Counted from the stretch's first letter, positions 35,765-45,591 are shown. The stretch: DNA of 45,591 bases from a bacterium (GCA_021814165.1 JAKAIX010000004.1:1-45591), one strand, 5' to 3'. The notes: generated by a model from the letters alone, not told the origin. Numbers and translations are program-made.

Positions 35765-36505
35765 TTATCCTTCGTATGTTCTCGCGGTTTTCCGGTAGGC
35801 GCAATACTCGCACTCCGGATTGGGATTCGGCATCTCGCCCTCAAGACACGCCTTGATTTCGTGAAGCGCGGGCTCGATCCACGCGTCGTTCCCCGTATAT
35901 GAGAGAATCACCACGTTAAACTCCAATTTTCCGTCAAACGCCTCCTTGTCTTTGTCGCCGTTCGCGTAGACGAAATAGCCGGTGTCCGAAACCTTAAAAC
36001 CATTTTTTCTCAAGAGCCATTGATAGATTTCCATCTGCCGCTTGTAGGCCTGCCGATACTCCGCCTCAAGCGTAATTTCACTCGCGGTCGAAGTCGCCTT
36101 GTAATCCACTACGATAAGTTCCTGATTGCGATTCACCCAGATGTCATCCACTGCGCCCGTCACGATGAATCCCGTGGACTCGTGGTAATATTGAACCCCT
36201 TTGAAATTTTCTCTCCATTCATCCATCATCTCGTGCGGAAAAGGAACCGCATCCACACCGTACGCCTTCATAAGCGGGTGTGAAGTTCCTTGAGCGCGAT
36301 GCACGTCGAATTCTTTTTTCAAAAGCGCATCGACCGCGGAGTTTAACGTAAAAGGGAATCCCGGAGGGCGTCCCACACCGAGTCGGCGATCGAGATAGAA
36401 GCAGCGCGGACACTCGGTAAAAAGTTCTATCTTCGAACGGCTCAATTTAAAAGGCTCATCGCTATTAGGATGAAAAATATTTCTCCTCCGCGCGCCGTTC
36501 GCCAT
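35765..36505 (-). CDS. PD-(D/E)XK nuclease family protein (RecB/Cas4-like)
   Basis: LSRSKI...CPRCFY, GAVDD, VVDYKAT, QMEIY, C-terminal CEYC. Confidence 0.88.
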   Translation of the reverse strand: MANGARRRNIFHPNSDEPFKLSRSKIELFTECPRCFYLDRRLGVGRPPGFPFTLNSAVDALLKKEFDVHRAQGTSHPLMKAYGVDAVPFPHEMMDEWRENFKGVQYYHESTGFIVTGAVDDIWVNRNQELIVVDYKATSTASEITLEAEYRQAYKRQMEIYQWLLRKNGFKVSDTGYFVYANGDKDKEAFDGKLEFNVVILSYTGNDAWIEPALHEIKACLEGEMPNPNPECEYCAYRKTARTYEG

Positions 36506-36512
36506 CGCAATG

Positions 36513-36731
36513 TTATGATGAGATTTCCGGAGTTTTTTCTCGCTCCGCGCGCTTCGAGAAGATGAAAATATAGAGTATTTCGAGAATTCCGATGGTATTG
36601 ATTACCAAAAGCGCTACGAACCACCATCTCTCGCCAAGGCGCGCCGATTTCCAAAGCGCCACCCCTTTCCACGGCAAGGTCCAGAGGATGATCAATAAAA
36701 ATACTAAATTGTTTTGGAGAAGTGCCTGCAT
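36513..36731 (-). CDS. DUF5652-like small membrane protein
   Basis: WTLPWKGVALWKSA...WF...INTIGILEILYIF. Confidence 0.85.
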   Translation of the reverse strand: MQALLQNNLVFLLIILWTLPWKGVALWKSARLGERWWFVALLVINTIGILEILYIFIFSKRAEREKTPEISS

Positions 36732-36847
36732 ATGAAAACGAATCTACACGACCTTTCTTTCACTTCTTATTATAAGACACCGGCGTACATACGCCAATCC
36801 TTCTCGATATTGCTTCCTTTTTTCCTTCTAACCGTTACAATAAAAGA

Positions 36848-38284
36848 ATGAGGGAAGGATCATACGAACCAAACAACAACCCCGAACGGCAGGAAGAAGT
36901 TTTGGGCGGAACGAAACCCGGGAAATACGAGGAGGCCACAGATGCCGTGCTCGACGTAGTAGTGTTCAATAAGGTTCAGGAGGAAATCAGAAAAAAATTC
37001 GAAGCCGACCCCAACAATATATACACCCCCGAAGAGGAGATGCCCTACCACCTCCTCGGCGGGCTGAAGGGAAACATCATCGATCCCTTATACCGCGGTG
37101 CATGGCTCAAAAACGATAAGGAACTTGGGAAGTACTCCCACGAAACGGAGTTGAGAAGCACGCTCAAGGCGGAGATGCTCGCTCATTACAAAGAATTTCT
37201 CTTTCCGGGTCTTGTGCGTTATGACGAGGCAACGGGAGAAACCGTTCTTGAAGAACCGCACGGCCTGAATTATGAAATCCAGAAAATGATCCTCCGAAAA
37301 GCTGGTTTTACACTCGACAATTCGAATCTTGTTCTTTTTGAGCAAGGAAAGGAGGATGAGATTCCGAAAGAATCCCTCAAGAAAGGGCTTATTGTCTCAA
37401 TATCCGACGGAGAACGCGATCGGTACGAGAAAAAAATATCGCTTGAAAAGGAATCTCGGGCGATGAACGCCGGCCCCACGCTGGTTCTTCACGAGAGTCT
37501 CGATAAGGCGGGGTTTTTCAGGGAGCTTGAGGGATCGGAAAAAAAACAGCTCCTCGGCGCCGCGCTTTTTGCCGACATCATCGAACGCGGCGAATGGCTC
37601 TCGCACACGAAAGAGGACTTTTTTGACAAGACGAAGATCAACCTTTTTAAAATCAACCGACTGCTCGATGCGGAACAGTGCTCCGAAATTCTGGGGGACA
37701 TGCTCCGCTCTGTACGCGTGGACTGGTCGAATCTTCCTTCCGCGAAGGAAGTGATACGGCAAGCGATAATACGCGAATCGGAGATTCCCCTCTCTCAGGA
37801 ATTCGTCTCGAAACACCACCTCGAAAAAGCCGTTTTGAAACAGAAAGAAAGCATGGAAACGTCGTATGCTTACTTAAGATCGGGAAAGAACGTTAAGAGA
37901 AGCCGCATGGGAAATATCGTCTACATTCAGAGAGATAAACTCAAATACGGTGATCGGCTTCCCGGGAACCTCCCCGCAATCGCCGCACAGCCGCCAGACG
38001 TGAAAGGAAAACCCGCATGGGGAGAACGACACGGTTATTTTGAGACAAGCAAAAATTCGTTTCTCGGATACGTACGGGAAAAACGCGCGGCTCGCTTTCT
38101 CGAAGGCATACGCCAGGTCGGGAAAGAGCGCAGCTTGAATCCCCAAATCCACAGAATAGACGGCTGGGTCAAAATATTCGTGCCTTTTCAAGGCTCGATC
38201 CCCGAGGGATTCCTCACATGGCTCGAGATAGAAGGGCTCGCGCTCCAAGACAATAACCGGGAGCAAAAAAGAAAAGCGGGTTAG
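36848..38284 (+). CDS. Hypothetical soluble protein (478 aa)
   Basis: Long ORF filling the gap between genes, with TACAAT 6 nt before the ATG. No motif recognised. Confidence 0.8.
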   Translation: MREGSYEPNNNPERQEEVLGGTKPGKYEEATDAVLDVVVFNKVQEEIRKKFEADPNNIYTPEEEMPYHLLGGLKGNIIDPLYRGAWLKNDKELGKYSHETELRSTLKAEMLAHYKEFLFPGLVRYDEATGETVLEEPHGLNYEIQKMILRKAGFTLDNSNLVLFEQGKEDEIPKESLKKGLIVSISDGERDRYEKKISLEKESRAMNAGPTLVLHESLDKAGFFRELEGSEKKQLLGAALFADIIERGEWLSHTKEDFFDKTKINLFKINRLLDAEQCSEILGDMLRSVRVDWSNLPSAKEVIRQAIIRESEIPLSQEFVSKHHLEKAVLKQKESMETSYAYLRSGKNVKRSRMGNIVYIQRDKLKYGDRLPGNLPAIAAQPPDVKGKPAWGERHGYFETSKNSFLGYVREKRAARFLEGIRQVGKERSLNPQIHRIDGWVKIFVPFQGSIPEGFLTWLEIEGLALQDNNREQKRKAG

Positions 38285-38373
38285 TACCCGCCGTGCGCGT
38301 GGGCGAACCCCACATATGCAACTACAAATCCCAGGATTAGAAAAATCCAAAACTCGATGCGCGCCATAATTCT

Positions 38374-39951
38374 TTAATTCTTCGGTTTCGATCCGACGTT
38401 AATTACTTTATCTCCTTCCTGAAGACCGGAAACGACTTCCACATTCCCGTCTTTCCCGCGAATACCAAGCGTTATTGGCAGTTCCACCTCTTTATCGTTT
38501 ACAAACTGTCTTACGAATGTTCCCGAAGGATTCTCAATAATCGCGTATTGCGGCAAGAGGAGCACGTTTTCTCTCCTTACCGTCTCTATCCTTAAATCCG
38601 CCGTAAGCCCGCTCTTGAACCGGGGATCCATCGTATCGAACGCCACTTTTACTTTGTAATTCGAGACGCCGTTTACCACCGTTTCCGCGGGATCTATCGA
38701 AATGACCCGCCCCGTAAAACGCTCTCCCGGAAGCGCATCTAAAGTAAACCGCACGGCGTTCCCTATCTGCAGTTTCGCGATATCAACTTCCGGAACATTC
38801 GTCTCTATTTCCAGGCTGTCCTCCCCGATGATGGAAACGAGCGAAGTCAAACCTGTCGTCGAAAAGACCGATTGGCCGATCTTGCCGTCCTGGCGCGTCA
38901 CGATCCCCTTCAGGGGAGAACGGAGTATCATCTTGTCCATCTGCGCCCGGATAAGCGCGACTTTCGCCTGCGCTTGCCCCACTTCCGCTTCCTGCGCCGC
39001 GATCTCCTCCGGCGTCGCGGACGCTTTCTTAAGCGCGAGCTGATCCTTGGAAACAGCAAGGCCCGTCTCCGCAGCTACGAGCGTTCCCCGCACGGACGCT
39101 ATGTCGGTGATGGCGGCACTCACGTTCGTGCGCGCCGTCGCAATGACGGTTTTCCACCCGTCGATCGTAGCTTGAGAAAACGAGGAATTCGCCGCGGTTT
39201 TACTCAAGGCGAGCGTGAGATCGGAAAGTATTTGCTGCACTTTTCCTAATACGTCGCCCGCCGTCCCGATTGCCGCATGAAGATCGTTTCCATCGGTGAG
39301 TGCTCGTACGGATGTTTCCCAAGGAATGAGTGCTCCCTGTACGACAAGCCGTTCCGACTGCACATCCCCGGCAAGTTGCGTGTCGCTCAAAGAAAATACG
39401 AGCTGCGGGTTCGTCGCCGCGTTCGTGAAGAGCTGATCGGCGCGGTTATACACTGCATCATCGGCGCTCGCAACCGCCGCCTGGATGGTACTTACCGCAT
39501 TTCTTTTTGCGCTCGCAAGCGTCCCTTCGGCTTCCGCAACCTTGGCTTCGGAGACGCGTACGTCTTCCGCCTTTGCTCCTTGTTTCAAAAGATCAAGGTT
39601 CGCTTTTGCGGAATCCACCGCCGCATTTGCCTGCGCGAGTTGCGCCCGGAGTTCCGTATCATCCAGGGAGAGAAGCGGCGTACCGATATCCACTCTGTCG
39701 CCCACTTTCACATACGCACGCGCGATAGTGCCTGCCGTCTGAAACGCGAGGTCGACATCTTTCTCGGGCACAATCTGTCCTGTCGCGACAACTTCTTGGG
39801 TAATGGTGCCGCGCGCTACCTGTACGAATTCGCGAACGCCGTCCCCGTGACTTTGAATCGCCAAAAGAACCACGATCAAAACCGCAATTCCCAAAAAAAC
39901 AGCCCTCCATGGCTTCTTAAAAAATAAGATGATTCGTTGTGTTCTCTTCAT
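38374..39951 (-). CDS. Efflux RND/HlyD-family periplasmic adaptor (membrane fusion protein)
   Basis: N-terminal TM, lipoyl halves (VKVGDRV..G, LRSPLKG), long coiled coil, VPEVDI, GLQEGDKV. Confidence 0.9.
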   Translation of the reverse strand: MKRTQRIILFFKKPWRAVFLGIAVLIVVLLAIQSHGDGVREFVQVARGTITQEVVATGQIVPEKDVDLAFQTAGTIARAYVKVGDRVDIGTPLLSLDDTELRAQLAQANAAVDSAKANLDLLKQGAKAEDVRVSEAKVAEAEGTLASAKRNAVSTIQAAVASADDAVYNRADQLFTNAATNPQLVFSLSDTQLAGDVQSERLVVQGALIPWETSVRALTDGNDLHAAIGTAGDVLGKVQQILSDLTLALSKTAANSSFSQATIDGWKTVIATARTNVSAAITDIASVRGTLVAAETGLAVSKDQLALKKASATPEEIAAQEAEVGQAQAKVALIRAQMDKMILRSPLKGIVTRQDGKIGQSVFSTTGLTSLVSIIGEDSLEIETNVPEVDIAKLQIGNAVRFTLDALPGERFTGRVISIDPAETVVNGVSNYKVKVAFDTMDPRFKSGLTADLRIETVRRENVLLLPQYAIIENPSGTFVRQFVNDKEVELPITLGIRGKDGNVEVVSGLQEGDKVINVGSKPKN

Positions 39952-40034
39952 GGATTACGCGAATATGGCTTCAACTGCAGAACAACGTTTATTGTACTAT
40001 ATCCTCTCTGCGTCGGGCAAACCATCATACACAC

Positions 40035-40065
40035 AAAACCCCGGATACTTTCATCCGGGGGTTTT
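40035..40065. terminator. Intrinsic terminator downstream of the glutaredoxin gene
   Basis: AAAA-CCCCGGAT...ATCCGGGG-GTTTT. Confidence 0.75.
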
Positions 40066-40098
40066 AAGTGTCTGATGCTCGATAAAATAAAGTCGAGA

Positions 40099-40332
40099 CT
40101 ATATATGAAGCAGTTCAGAGAGCCGATCTTTGTCGAATCCGACGGTAATCGCTCCGTCGATATCGATGACCGGTACCCCGAGCTGACCCGATTTTTCAAC
40201 CATTGCCTTGCGCGCCTCAAGATCGGTTGCAACGTTTTTCTCGGCGTACTGAACGTTATTCGCGGCGAAAAACGCTTTTGTCATCTTGCAAAACACACAA
40301 CTCGGCGTGGTATAAATAGTAACGTTTGCCAT
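40099..40332 (-). CDS. Glutaredoxin/NrdH-like protein
   Basis: IYTTPSCVFC, SGQLGVPVI, VGFD. Confidence 0.93.
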   Translation of the reverse strand: MANVTIYTTPSCVFCKMTKAFFAANNVQYAEKNVATDLEARKAMVEKSGQLGVPVIDIDGAITVGFDKDRLSELLHI

Positions 40333-40338
40333 ACTTTG

Positions 40339-40677
40339 TTATCGTGGAATATGCATCGTTCGACCTTTTGCAAGAAGTTGTAGAATCGATTTTACTTCCT
40401 TATTTTCCGTCGCGACAACATAACACTTCATCTGCCCCATCCGTTTAAGCTTCAGAATGCCGCTCGACTCGAGAAGTTTTAATTGGTACGACGCGGCAGG
40501 AACCGATACGTTGAATATCCTTGCGATTTCTGTCACGCAGAGGGATCTCTCCTTGCTGAGGAGCTCCAGAATGCCGAATCGCACCGGATCTCCAAGGGCT
40601 TGGAACATTTTTAGAAATGTACCGTCTTGCGTATCGAGATTTTTCTTGAGCTTGGTTATGGTCGAGGAAGAAAGCAT
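40339..40677 (-). CDS. ArsR/SmtB family transcriptional regulator
   Basis: FQALGDPVRFGIL...LCVTEIA...SVPAASYQLKLL..SG. Confidence 0.9.
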   Translation of the reverse strand: MLSSSTITKLKKNLDTQDGTFLKMFQALGDPVRFGILELLSKERSLCVTEIARIFNVSVPAASYQLKLLESSGILKLKRMGQMKCYVVATENKEVKSILQLLAKGRTMHIPR

Positions 40678-40684
40678 AAAGCAG

Positions 40685-40742
40685 ATACTTAAAAGGTTGT
40701 TTAACTTTTTAAGTATTATAGGCCGGAGTTTCGAACTGTCAA
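40685..40742 (-). promoter_or_regulatory. Consensus sigma70 promoter plus inverted-repeat operator for the arsR-glutaredoxin unit
   Basis: TTGACA(40742-40737)-N16-TATAAT(40720-40715). The inverted repeat ATACTTAAAAgGTT-gttt-AACtTTTTAAGTAT at 40685-40716 overlaps the predicted start site. Confidence 0.8.
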
Positions 40743-40749
40743 CCTCGAT

Positions 40750-42723
40750 CTACTCATACTCGATTTCCTCTTCATTATCGTCTATGCCATCAGTCCCCTC
40801 GTCCCAAACTGCCCGCTCGCGCGCGCGACGTTCCGAATAATCCTTATGCTCAAGCGCGGCGAACACTTCTTTTTCCTCAAGAAAACGTGACAACCGGTGA
40901 AGTGAAAAACTCCCATGTCCGCTTTCCAGATGGAATGAAAGAGCAAGATCGTTTTTTGCGCGCGTCACCGCGACGTAAAGGAGTCGTTGTTCTTCTTCGA
41001 GTTCCTCTTCGGAATCGAACGCCATCTTCGAAGGAAGCACGCCGTCAATCGCGCCCAAGAGGTATACCGAATCCCATTCGAGTCCCTTTGCCGAATGAAT
41101 CGTGGAGAGTGTGAGCGCTCCTTCTTTTCTTTTTTGCCGCCGCTCGGGCGGCTCGATCGCGCAGTCGGAAAGGAACAACTGAAGATTATCATAGTATCCG
41201 GCGACCTCGCGGAGTATCTCCAGGTCATTCCTGCGCGAGGGCCAATCATCGAATTTCTGCTTGAGGACGGGAACGTAGTATGCGAGAAGGGTATCAAAGC
41301 GATCTTGCGGTGCTTTTGATTCTCCCTCTGCCGAATATAATGCCTCAAAGAGCGCTCGCACGCCGTCCGGATACTTTTTCCATTCCGAATCGGATACCGC
41401 ACCGCCATTGATCTTTACATAATTCCAAACGGCATCCGCGGTTTTTGGCCCCACGCCGGGAATAAGAAGCAAAATCCTGTTCCAACTCAGTTCATCTTTA
41501 TCGTTCGCAAGAATCTTCAGATATGAAAGCATGTCCTTCACATGCGCCATTTCGTAAAATTTCAGCCCCCCGAAAACCTCGTAGGGAACTCCCTGTTTCG
41601 TAAGCTCCGCTTGAAGTGGAATCGAAATATACGAGGACCGGAAGAGCACCGCCTGGCGCGAAAGCGGCGTTCCTTTCTTTTCCAAATATTGAATACGGCT
41701 TCTTATCCAATGGGCTTCTTCTTCCGCATCTCCGAAATATGCCATCTGCGGTTTGACGCCCGTCTCTCCGCGCGCCGCGACGAGTGTTTTTTTGAACTTC
41801 TTCGGCATCGTTTCCAGGATGGCGTTCCCGAGGTTCAAAACGGCTTGAACGCTTCTGTAATTCTTCTCGAGAAGCACGGTGACACAGCCGGGAAATAATT
41901 TCGGAAACTGCATGATATTCTCGTGATACGCGCCGCGGAATCCATAGATGCTCTGCGCATCATCTCCCACCACCATAATATTCCCGTGCGCACGCGCAAG
42001 AAGATACGCGATTTCTCCCTGAAGTCGGTTCGTATCCTGATACTCGTCGACCATGACGTACCGGTAGCGCGATCCCACCATACGCGCTACTTCTTCATCA
42101 CGGAGCAACTGGACTGCCAAGCGGAGCAGATCGTCGAAATCAAGGTATCCCGCTTCGCGTTTGTAGACGGCGTACGCCTCTTCAAGACGTTCTATTGTTT
42201 TTGTATGCGACAGGAGATGTTCGTAAGAATACTCGATTACTTCCGTGATTGTTTTGTCTTTGTTGATCGTCTCGCTCAGGATTGCGCGGAGCGTATGTTT
42301 TTTGGGAAACGCCGTGTCCCCGTCCCCGAGCCCCAAACGTCCCACAAGCTTCTGGAGCGCCTCTTCGGCATCCTTCTCATCGAGCACGGTAAGCGAGCCG
42401 GAAAATCCCAATCGCTCTTTAAATTCGTTCACGAGTTTATAGGCGAACGAGTGGAACGTTCCTCCGTGTACGTGGCTCGCCCGCTCGTCATGTGCGGCAG
42501 CACGGGAAAGCATTTCTTGCGCCGCCTTTCTCGTGAATGTAAGGAGAAGAATCTGCTTTGGCGCTATCCCTTGCCCGATGAGATGGAGTACGCGATATTC
42601 GATAACCCGCGTTTTTCCGGATCCCGGTCCCGCAATTACGAGAAGCGGTCCCTCGGTCGTTCTCACCGCTTTCCATTGCTGTTCGTTCAAGTAAGGCTGC
42701 GCGGTTGATTCGGAATCATTCAT
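40750..42723 (-). CDS. UvrD/PcrA/Rep family ATP-dependent helicase (start MNDSE)
   Basis: IAGPGSGKT, TFTRKAA, TFHS, VDEYQDTN, VGDDAQSIYGFRGA, NYRS, STIHSAKGLEW, RLLYVAVTRA. Confidence 0.95.
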   Translation of the reverse strand: MNDSESTAQPYLNEQQWKAVRTTEGPLLVIAGPGSGKTRVIEYRVLHLIGQGIAPKQILLLTFTRKAAQEMLSRAAAHDERASHVHGGTFHSFAYKLVNEFKERLGFSGSLTVLDEKDAEEALQKLVGRLGLGDGDTAFPKKHTLRAILSETINKDKTITEVIEYSYEHLLSHTKTIERLEEAYAVYKREAGYLDFDDLLRLAVQLLRDEEVARMVGSRYRYVMVDEYQDTNRLQGEIAYLLARAHGNIMVVGDDAQSIYGFRGAYHENIMQFPKLFPGCVTVLLEKNYRSVQAVLNLGNAILETMPKKFKKTLVAARGETGVKPQMAYFGDAEEEAHWIRSRIQYLEKKGTPLSRQAVLFRSSYISIPLQAELTKQGVPYEVFGGLKFYEMAHVKDMLSYLKILANDKDELSWNRILLLIPGVGPKTADAVWNYVKINGGAVSDSEWKKYPDGVRALFEALYSAEGESKAPQDRFDTLLAYYVPVLKQKFDDWPSRRNDLEILREVAGYYDNLQLFLSDCAIEPPERRQKRKEGALTLSTIHSAKGLEWDSVYLLGAIDGVLPSKMAFDSEEELEEEQRLLYVAVTRAKNDLALSFHLESGHGSFSLHRLSRFLEEKEVFAALEHKDYSERRARERAVWDEGTDGIDDNEEEIEYE

Positions 42724-42802
42724 AGTCGTCTCACTATAATCCCGGGTGGGCACGATTTCAAAAAGGGGGTATTATTGAAACAACCTCTCTCTTTTTATTT
42801 AT

Positions 42803-45160
42803 ATGCTCTATTCAGGACTTTCCACTGCAGCAGCCGAGCAAAAATTCGCCGCCTACGGCCCGAATGAAATACCCGAAAAAAAAGGAGGAACCATAACGAA
42901 AGTCATTAAATGGTTCCTTTCCCCTATCGCGCTTATGCTTCTCGCGGCGGCGTTTCTTTCTCTTTTCTCGGGAAAAACATTCGATTTCTGGTTTATTCTT
43001 TTCCTTGTGGCGCTCAATTTCGCCGTGGGATTCTTTCAGGAACGGAAGGCTGATCACGCCATCCAAGAACTGAAAAACAGCCTCGCGATGGAGGTCAAAA
43101 CGCTCCGCGATGGAACGTGGCGATCGATCAATGCGAGATTGCTTGTCCCCGGCGATCTTATAGAGCTCGGCGTGGGCGATGTCGTTCCCGCCGACGCTCA
43201 ACTCGTCGACGCCGAAAATTGCTCCTTGAACGAATCGACACTCACGGGAGAATCGCTTCCCAAAGAAAAACGAAAGGGAGATAAGGTGTTTTCCGGTTCG
43301 TTCATTGCGACCGGCATTGCACATGCGGAGATCACCGCAACCGGGGCGAGAACATATTTCGGCAAAACTATCATGCTCGTGGAGCGATCTTCGAGGCGGA
43401 GTATTCTTGAGAAGGACATTCTGACCATCACGAGGTTTCTTATGACGGCGAGCATCGCGGGGGTTCTTCTTCTTACGGCTGTATTTTTCTTCGAGCATGT
43501 TCCTTTTCAAGATCTCCTGCTCCTTGATTTGAGTCTCGTAATCGCCGGCATCCCGATAAGTCTGCCCACCGTCATGACGCTTATTATCAGCGTAGGTGCG
43601 CTCGAACTCGCTCGCAAACAGGCGATCGTGAGACGTCTCTCCGCACTCGAGGATCTCGCGAATGTAAATCTGCTTCTCACGGACAAGACGGGAACTCTCA
43701 CGCAGAATAAGATTACCGTCGAGAAAATACTTGCTTATTCCGGCGCGTCGCCCGAAGAAGTGATCCGTTTCGCTTCGTTTGCCTCTCACAAAGACTCAAA
43801 AAGTCCGATTGAGCAGGCTATCCTTGCGGAAGCGGAAGCACTGCACGCACGCGTCGATTTCTCGGTATCGCGATTTATTCCCGCGGACTCCGAACGGAAA
43901 CGATCTTCCGCGTTCGTCGAATGGGGAACGGAGAAAACGCTTGTTTCGGTAGGCGCCCCCCAGGTCATACAACAGCTCTCCTCGCTTGACCCTGGGGTGA
44001 AATCACAAATTGACGCCGATATCGCACGCGCGGCCGATGGAGGATATCGCGCAATCGGGGTTGCGGTTGCCCAAAATAAAATCGAGGAACGGGGCATGCG
44101 GTTTATCGGACTTCTTTTTCTCTCCGATCCCCTACGCGAAGAGGCGAAAGACGTTATCTTGTTCCTCGAGAAAAACGGCATTGGAGTCAAAATGCTTACG
44201 GGCGATAACAACGCCATTTCAAAGCGAATTTCCGAGGATCTCGGACTTAAGGGGGAGGTGCTCGGGGAGCAGCATGCTGATTGGAATTTCATCAGCAAAC
44301 CCCGGTTCGACGGCATAAGCGCTTTTTCGCAAATTCTCCCGGGTGATAAACACGAGATCGTGAAACTCGCCGAACACAACGGTTATATCGTGGCGGTCAC
44401 GGGCGACGGCGTGAACGATCTTCCCGCCGTCAAAGAAGCTCACGTCGGCATTGCCGTCCAGAACGCGGTAGATGCGCTGAAGAGTGCAGCCGACATCGTG
44501 CTTCTCGGGAAAGGAATTACCGTGATACAGGATGCATTGATCGAAGCGAGAAAAATATTCGCGCGGTTGTATAGCTACTCAATCTACCGAATCTCGGAAA
44601 GTTTTCGCCTCATTGTCACCGTCGTTATTCTCGGAATTTTTTATAAAACCTACCCTCTTACGCCGATACAACTCATTCTGATCGCGCTTTTGAACGACAT
44701 TCCCATCATCTCGCTCGCGTTCAACCGGGTAAAAGCCGCATCGAGACCGAATACGCTGCAGGTTCGCGAACGTTTTATTTTAAGCTCGCTTTACGGTCTG
44801 GTGGGAATTACGAACAGCATCTTTCTTTTTATACTTGCGTTTAACGTCTTTCATCTCGACTGGGGTACCATACAAACCATGTATTTTTTGAAACTCACCG
44901 TTTCCGGACATCTCCTGATTTACGTGGCGCACACTAAAGAACGGTGGTACAAATTCTTCCCCTCGAAGCAGGTGATTATTGCGACAACCCTAACGCAGCT
45001 TGTCGCGAGCGGATTCGCGTTCTTCGGATTCCTGATGTCTCCCATTCCCCTTTCTTTTATAGCCCTGGTATGGCTCTGGAGCTTCGCGTGGATGCAAGTC
45101 ACGGAAGGAATGAAGATATTGCACCGAAAGATCGCTCACCGAAACAAGGTTCTCGCTTAA
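42803..45160 (+). CDS. P-type ATPase, type IIIA (plasma-membrane proton-efflux type)
   Basis: TGES, IAGIPISLPTV, DKTGTLT, MLTGD, TGDGVND, AADIVL, YSIYRI, LLNDIP. Confidence 0.9.
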   Translation: MLYSGLSTAAAEQKFAAYGPNEIPEKKGGTITKVIKWFLSPIALMLLAAAFLSLFSGKTFDFWFILFLVALNFAVGFFQERKADHAIQELKNSLAMEVKTLRDGTWRSINARLLVPGDLIELGVGDVVPADAQLVDAENCSLNESTLTGESLPKEKRKGDKVFSGSFIATGIAHAEITATGARTYFGKTIMLVERSSRRSILEKDILTITRFLMTASIAGVLLLTAVFFFEHVPFQDLLLLDLSLVIAGIPISLPTVMTLIISVGALELARKQAIVRRLSALEDLANVNLLLTDKTGTLTQNKITVEKILAYSGASPEEVIRFASFASHKDSKSPIEQAILAEAEALHARVDFSVSRFIPADSERKRSSAFVEWGTEKTLVSVGAPQVIQQLSSLDPGVKSQIDADIARAADGGYRAIGVAVAQNKIEERGMRFIGLLFLSDPLREEAKDVILFLEKNGIGVKMLTGDNNAISKRISEDLGLKGEVLGEQHADWNFISKPRFDGISAFSQILPGDKHEIVKLAEHNGYIVAVTGDGVNDLPAVKEAHVGIAVQNAVDALKSAADIVLLGKGITVIQDALIEARKIFARLYSYSIYRISESFRLIVTVVILGIFYKTYPLTPIQLILIALLNDIPIISLAFNRVKAASRPNTLQVRERFILSSLYGLVGITNSIFLFILAFNVFHLDWGTIQTMYFLKLTVSGHLLIYVAHTKERWYKFFPSKQVIIATTLTQLVASGFAFFGFLMSPIPLSFIALVWLWSFAWMQVTEGMKILHRKIAHRNKVLA

Positions 45161-45194
45161 AGGGAATTTATTCTCGGTGCAACCTTCACGTTTT

Positions 45195-45591
45195 TTATAG
45201 CAACGTCTCCTGTTTTTTCTCTTCTCCCGCTTCTTCTGTCGTCTTTCCCTCTGCGGTAAGAAGCTCGTCCGCTTTTTCGACGACTACCTTAAGTTTTGCA
45301 AAATCCTTTTCAAGTTCCTGAAGCACCGATGTGGAACGAAGTGCCGCGGCGGGATGGTAGAGCGGCATGATGAGCCGCATCCCCTTAAGACGAAACACTC
45401 TTCCGTGATCCTTTGATATTTTTGCATCCGGAAGGAAGTAATTCATCGAAAACCTCCCCAGGGGTACGATAATCTTCGGACCCAGAATTTCTATCTCCCG
45501 CGCGAGATATGGTTTATAGGCGTCGAGCTCTTCGGGAAACGGATCGCGATTTCCCGGAGGGCGGCGTTTCACGATATTCGAGATATAGACA
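45195..45591 (-). CDS. Uracil-DNA glycosylase, family 4-like (5' end outside the window)
   Basis: RPPGNRDP, PKIIVPLGRFS, ISKDHG, PLYHPAAALR. The frame appears open to the window edge. Confidence 0.9.
   Translation of the reverse strand, partial: VYISNIVKRRPPGNRDPFPEELDAYKPYLAREIEILGPKIIVPLGRFSMNYFLPDAKISKDHGRVFRLKGMRLIMPLYHPAAALRSTSVLQELEKDFAKLKVVVEKADELLTAEGKTTEEAGEEKKQETLL

Noticed and set aside
35765-36505. CRISPR-Cas locus around the Cas4-like nuclease
   Set aside because: No cas1/cas2 or other cas genes, and no regularly spaced repeat-spacer array in the window.
38285-38373. tRNA or other RNA between convergent genes
   Set aside because: No cloverleaf, T-loop motif or convincing long stem.
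1-45591. Alternative genetic code (TGA=Gly)
   Set aside because: Conserved genes are full length in code 11, and several end at TGA in ATGA overlaps.

Overview
Gene-dense bacterial chromosome segment, mostly on the minus strand. Standard genetic code, a short aspS, a split comEC, DUF5652 and a sigma-r4/HTH protein make a Patescibacteria/CPR (Parcubacteria-like) origin likely (inference). Housekeeping genes include an adk-like kinase, aspS, comEC, mnmA, efp, cutA, secD/secF, tgt, a UvrD helicase, a type IIIA H+-ATPase and a uracil-DNA glycosylase. Three things stand out. (1) A 12.2 kb, mostly translationally coupled array of seven divergent ~570-590 aa cysteine-rich paralogs lies between two TraD/VirD4/HerA-like ATPase genes. 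One ATPase carries the same CxxC-x17-CxxC spacing found twice in most paralogs. The other is bracketed by a perfect 80-bp inverted repeat. (2) Several families of small AT-rich heptamer and GC-rich palindromic elements occur between genes, nested in each other, and in frame inside mnmA, tgt, an FAD oxidoreductase and the ComEC-MBL gene. (3) There is an unannotated ~142-nt structured RNA (6S-like) and an unannotated 56-aa gene, each with its own predicted promoter. No RT, transposase, integrase, tRNA, rRNA or CRISPR array was seen.
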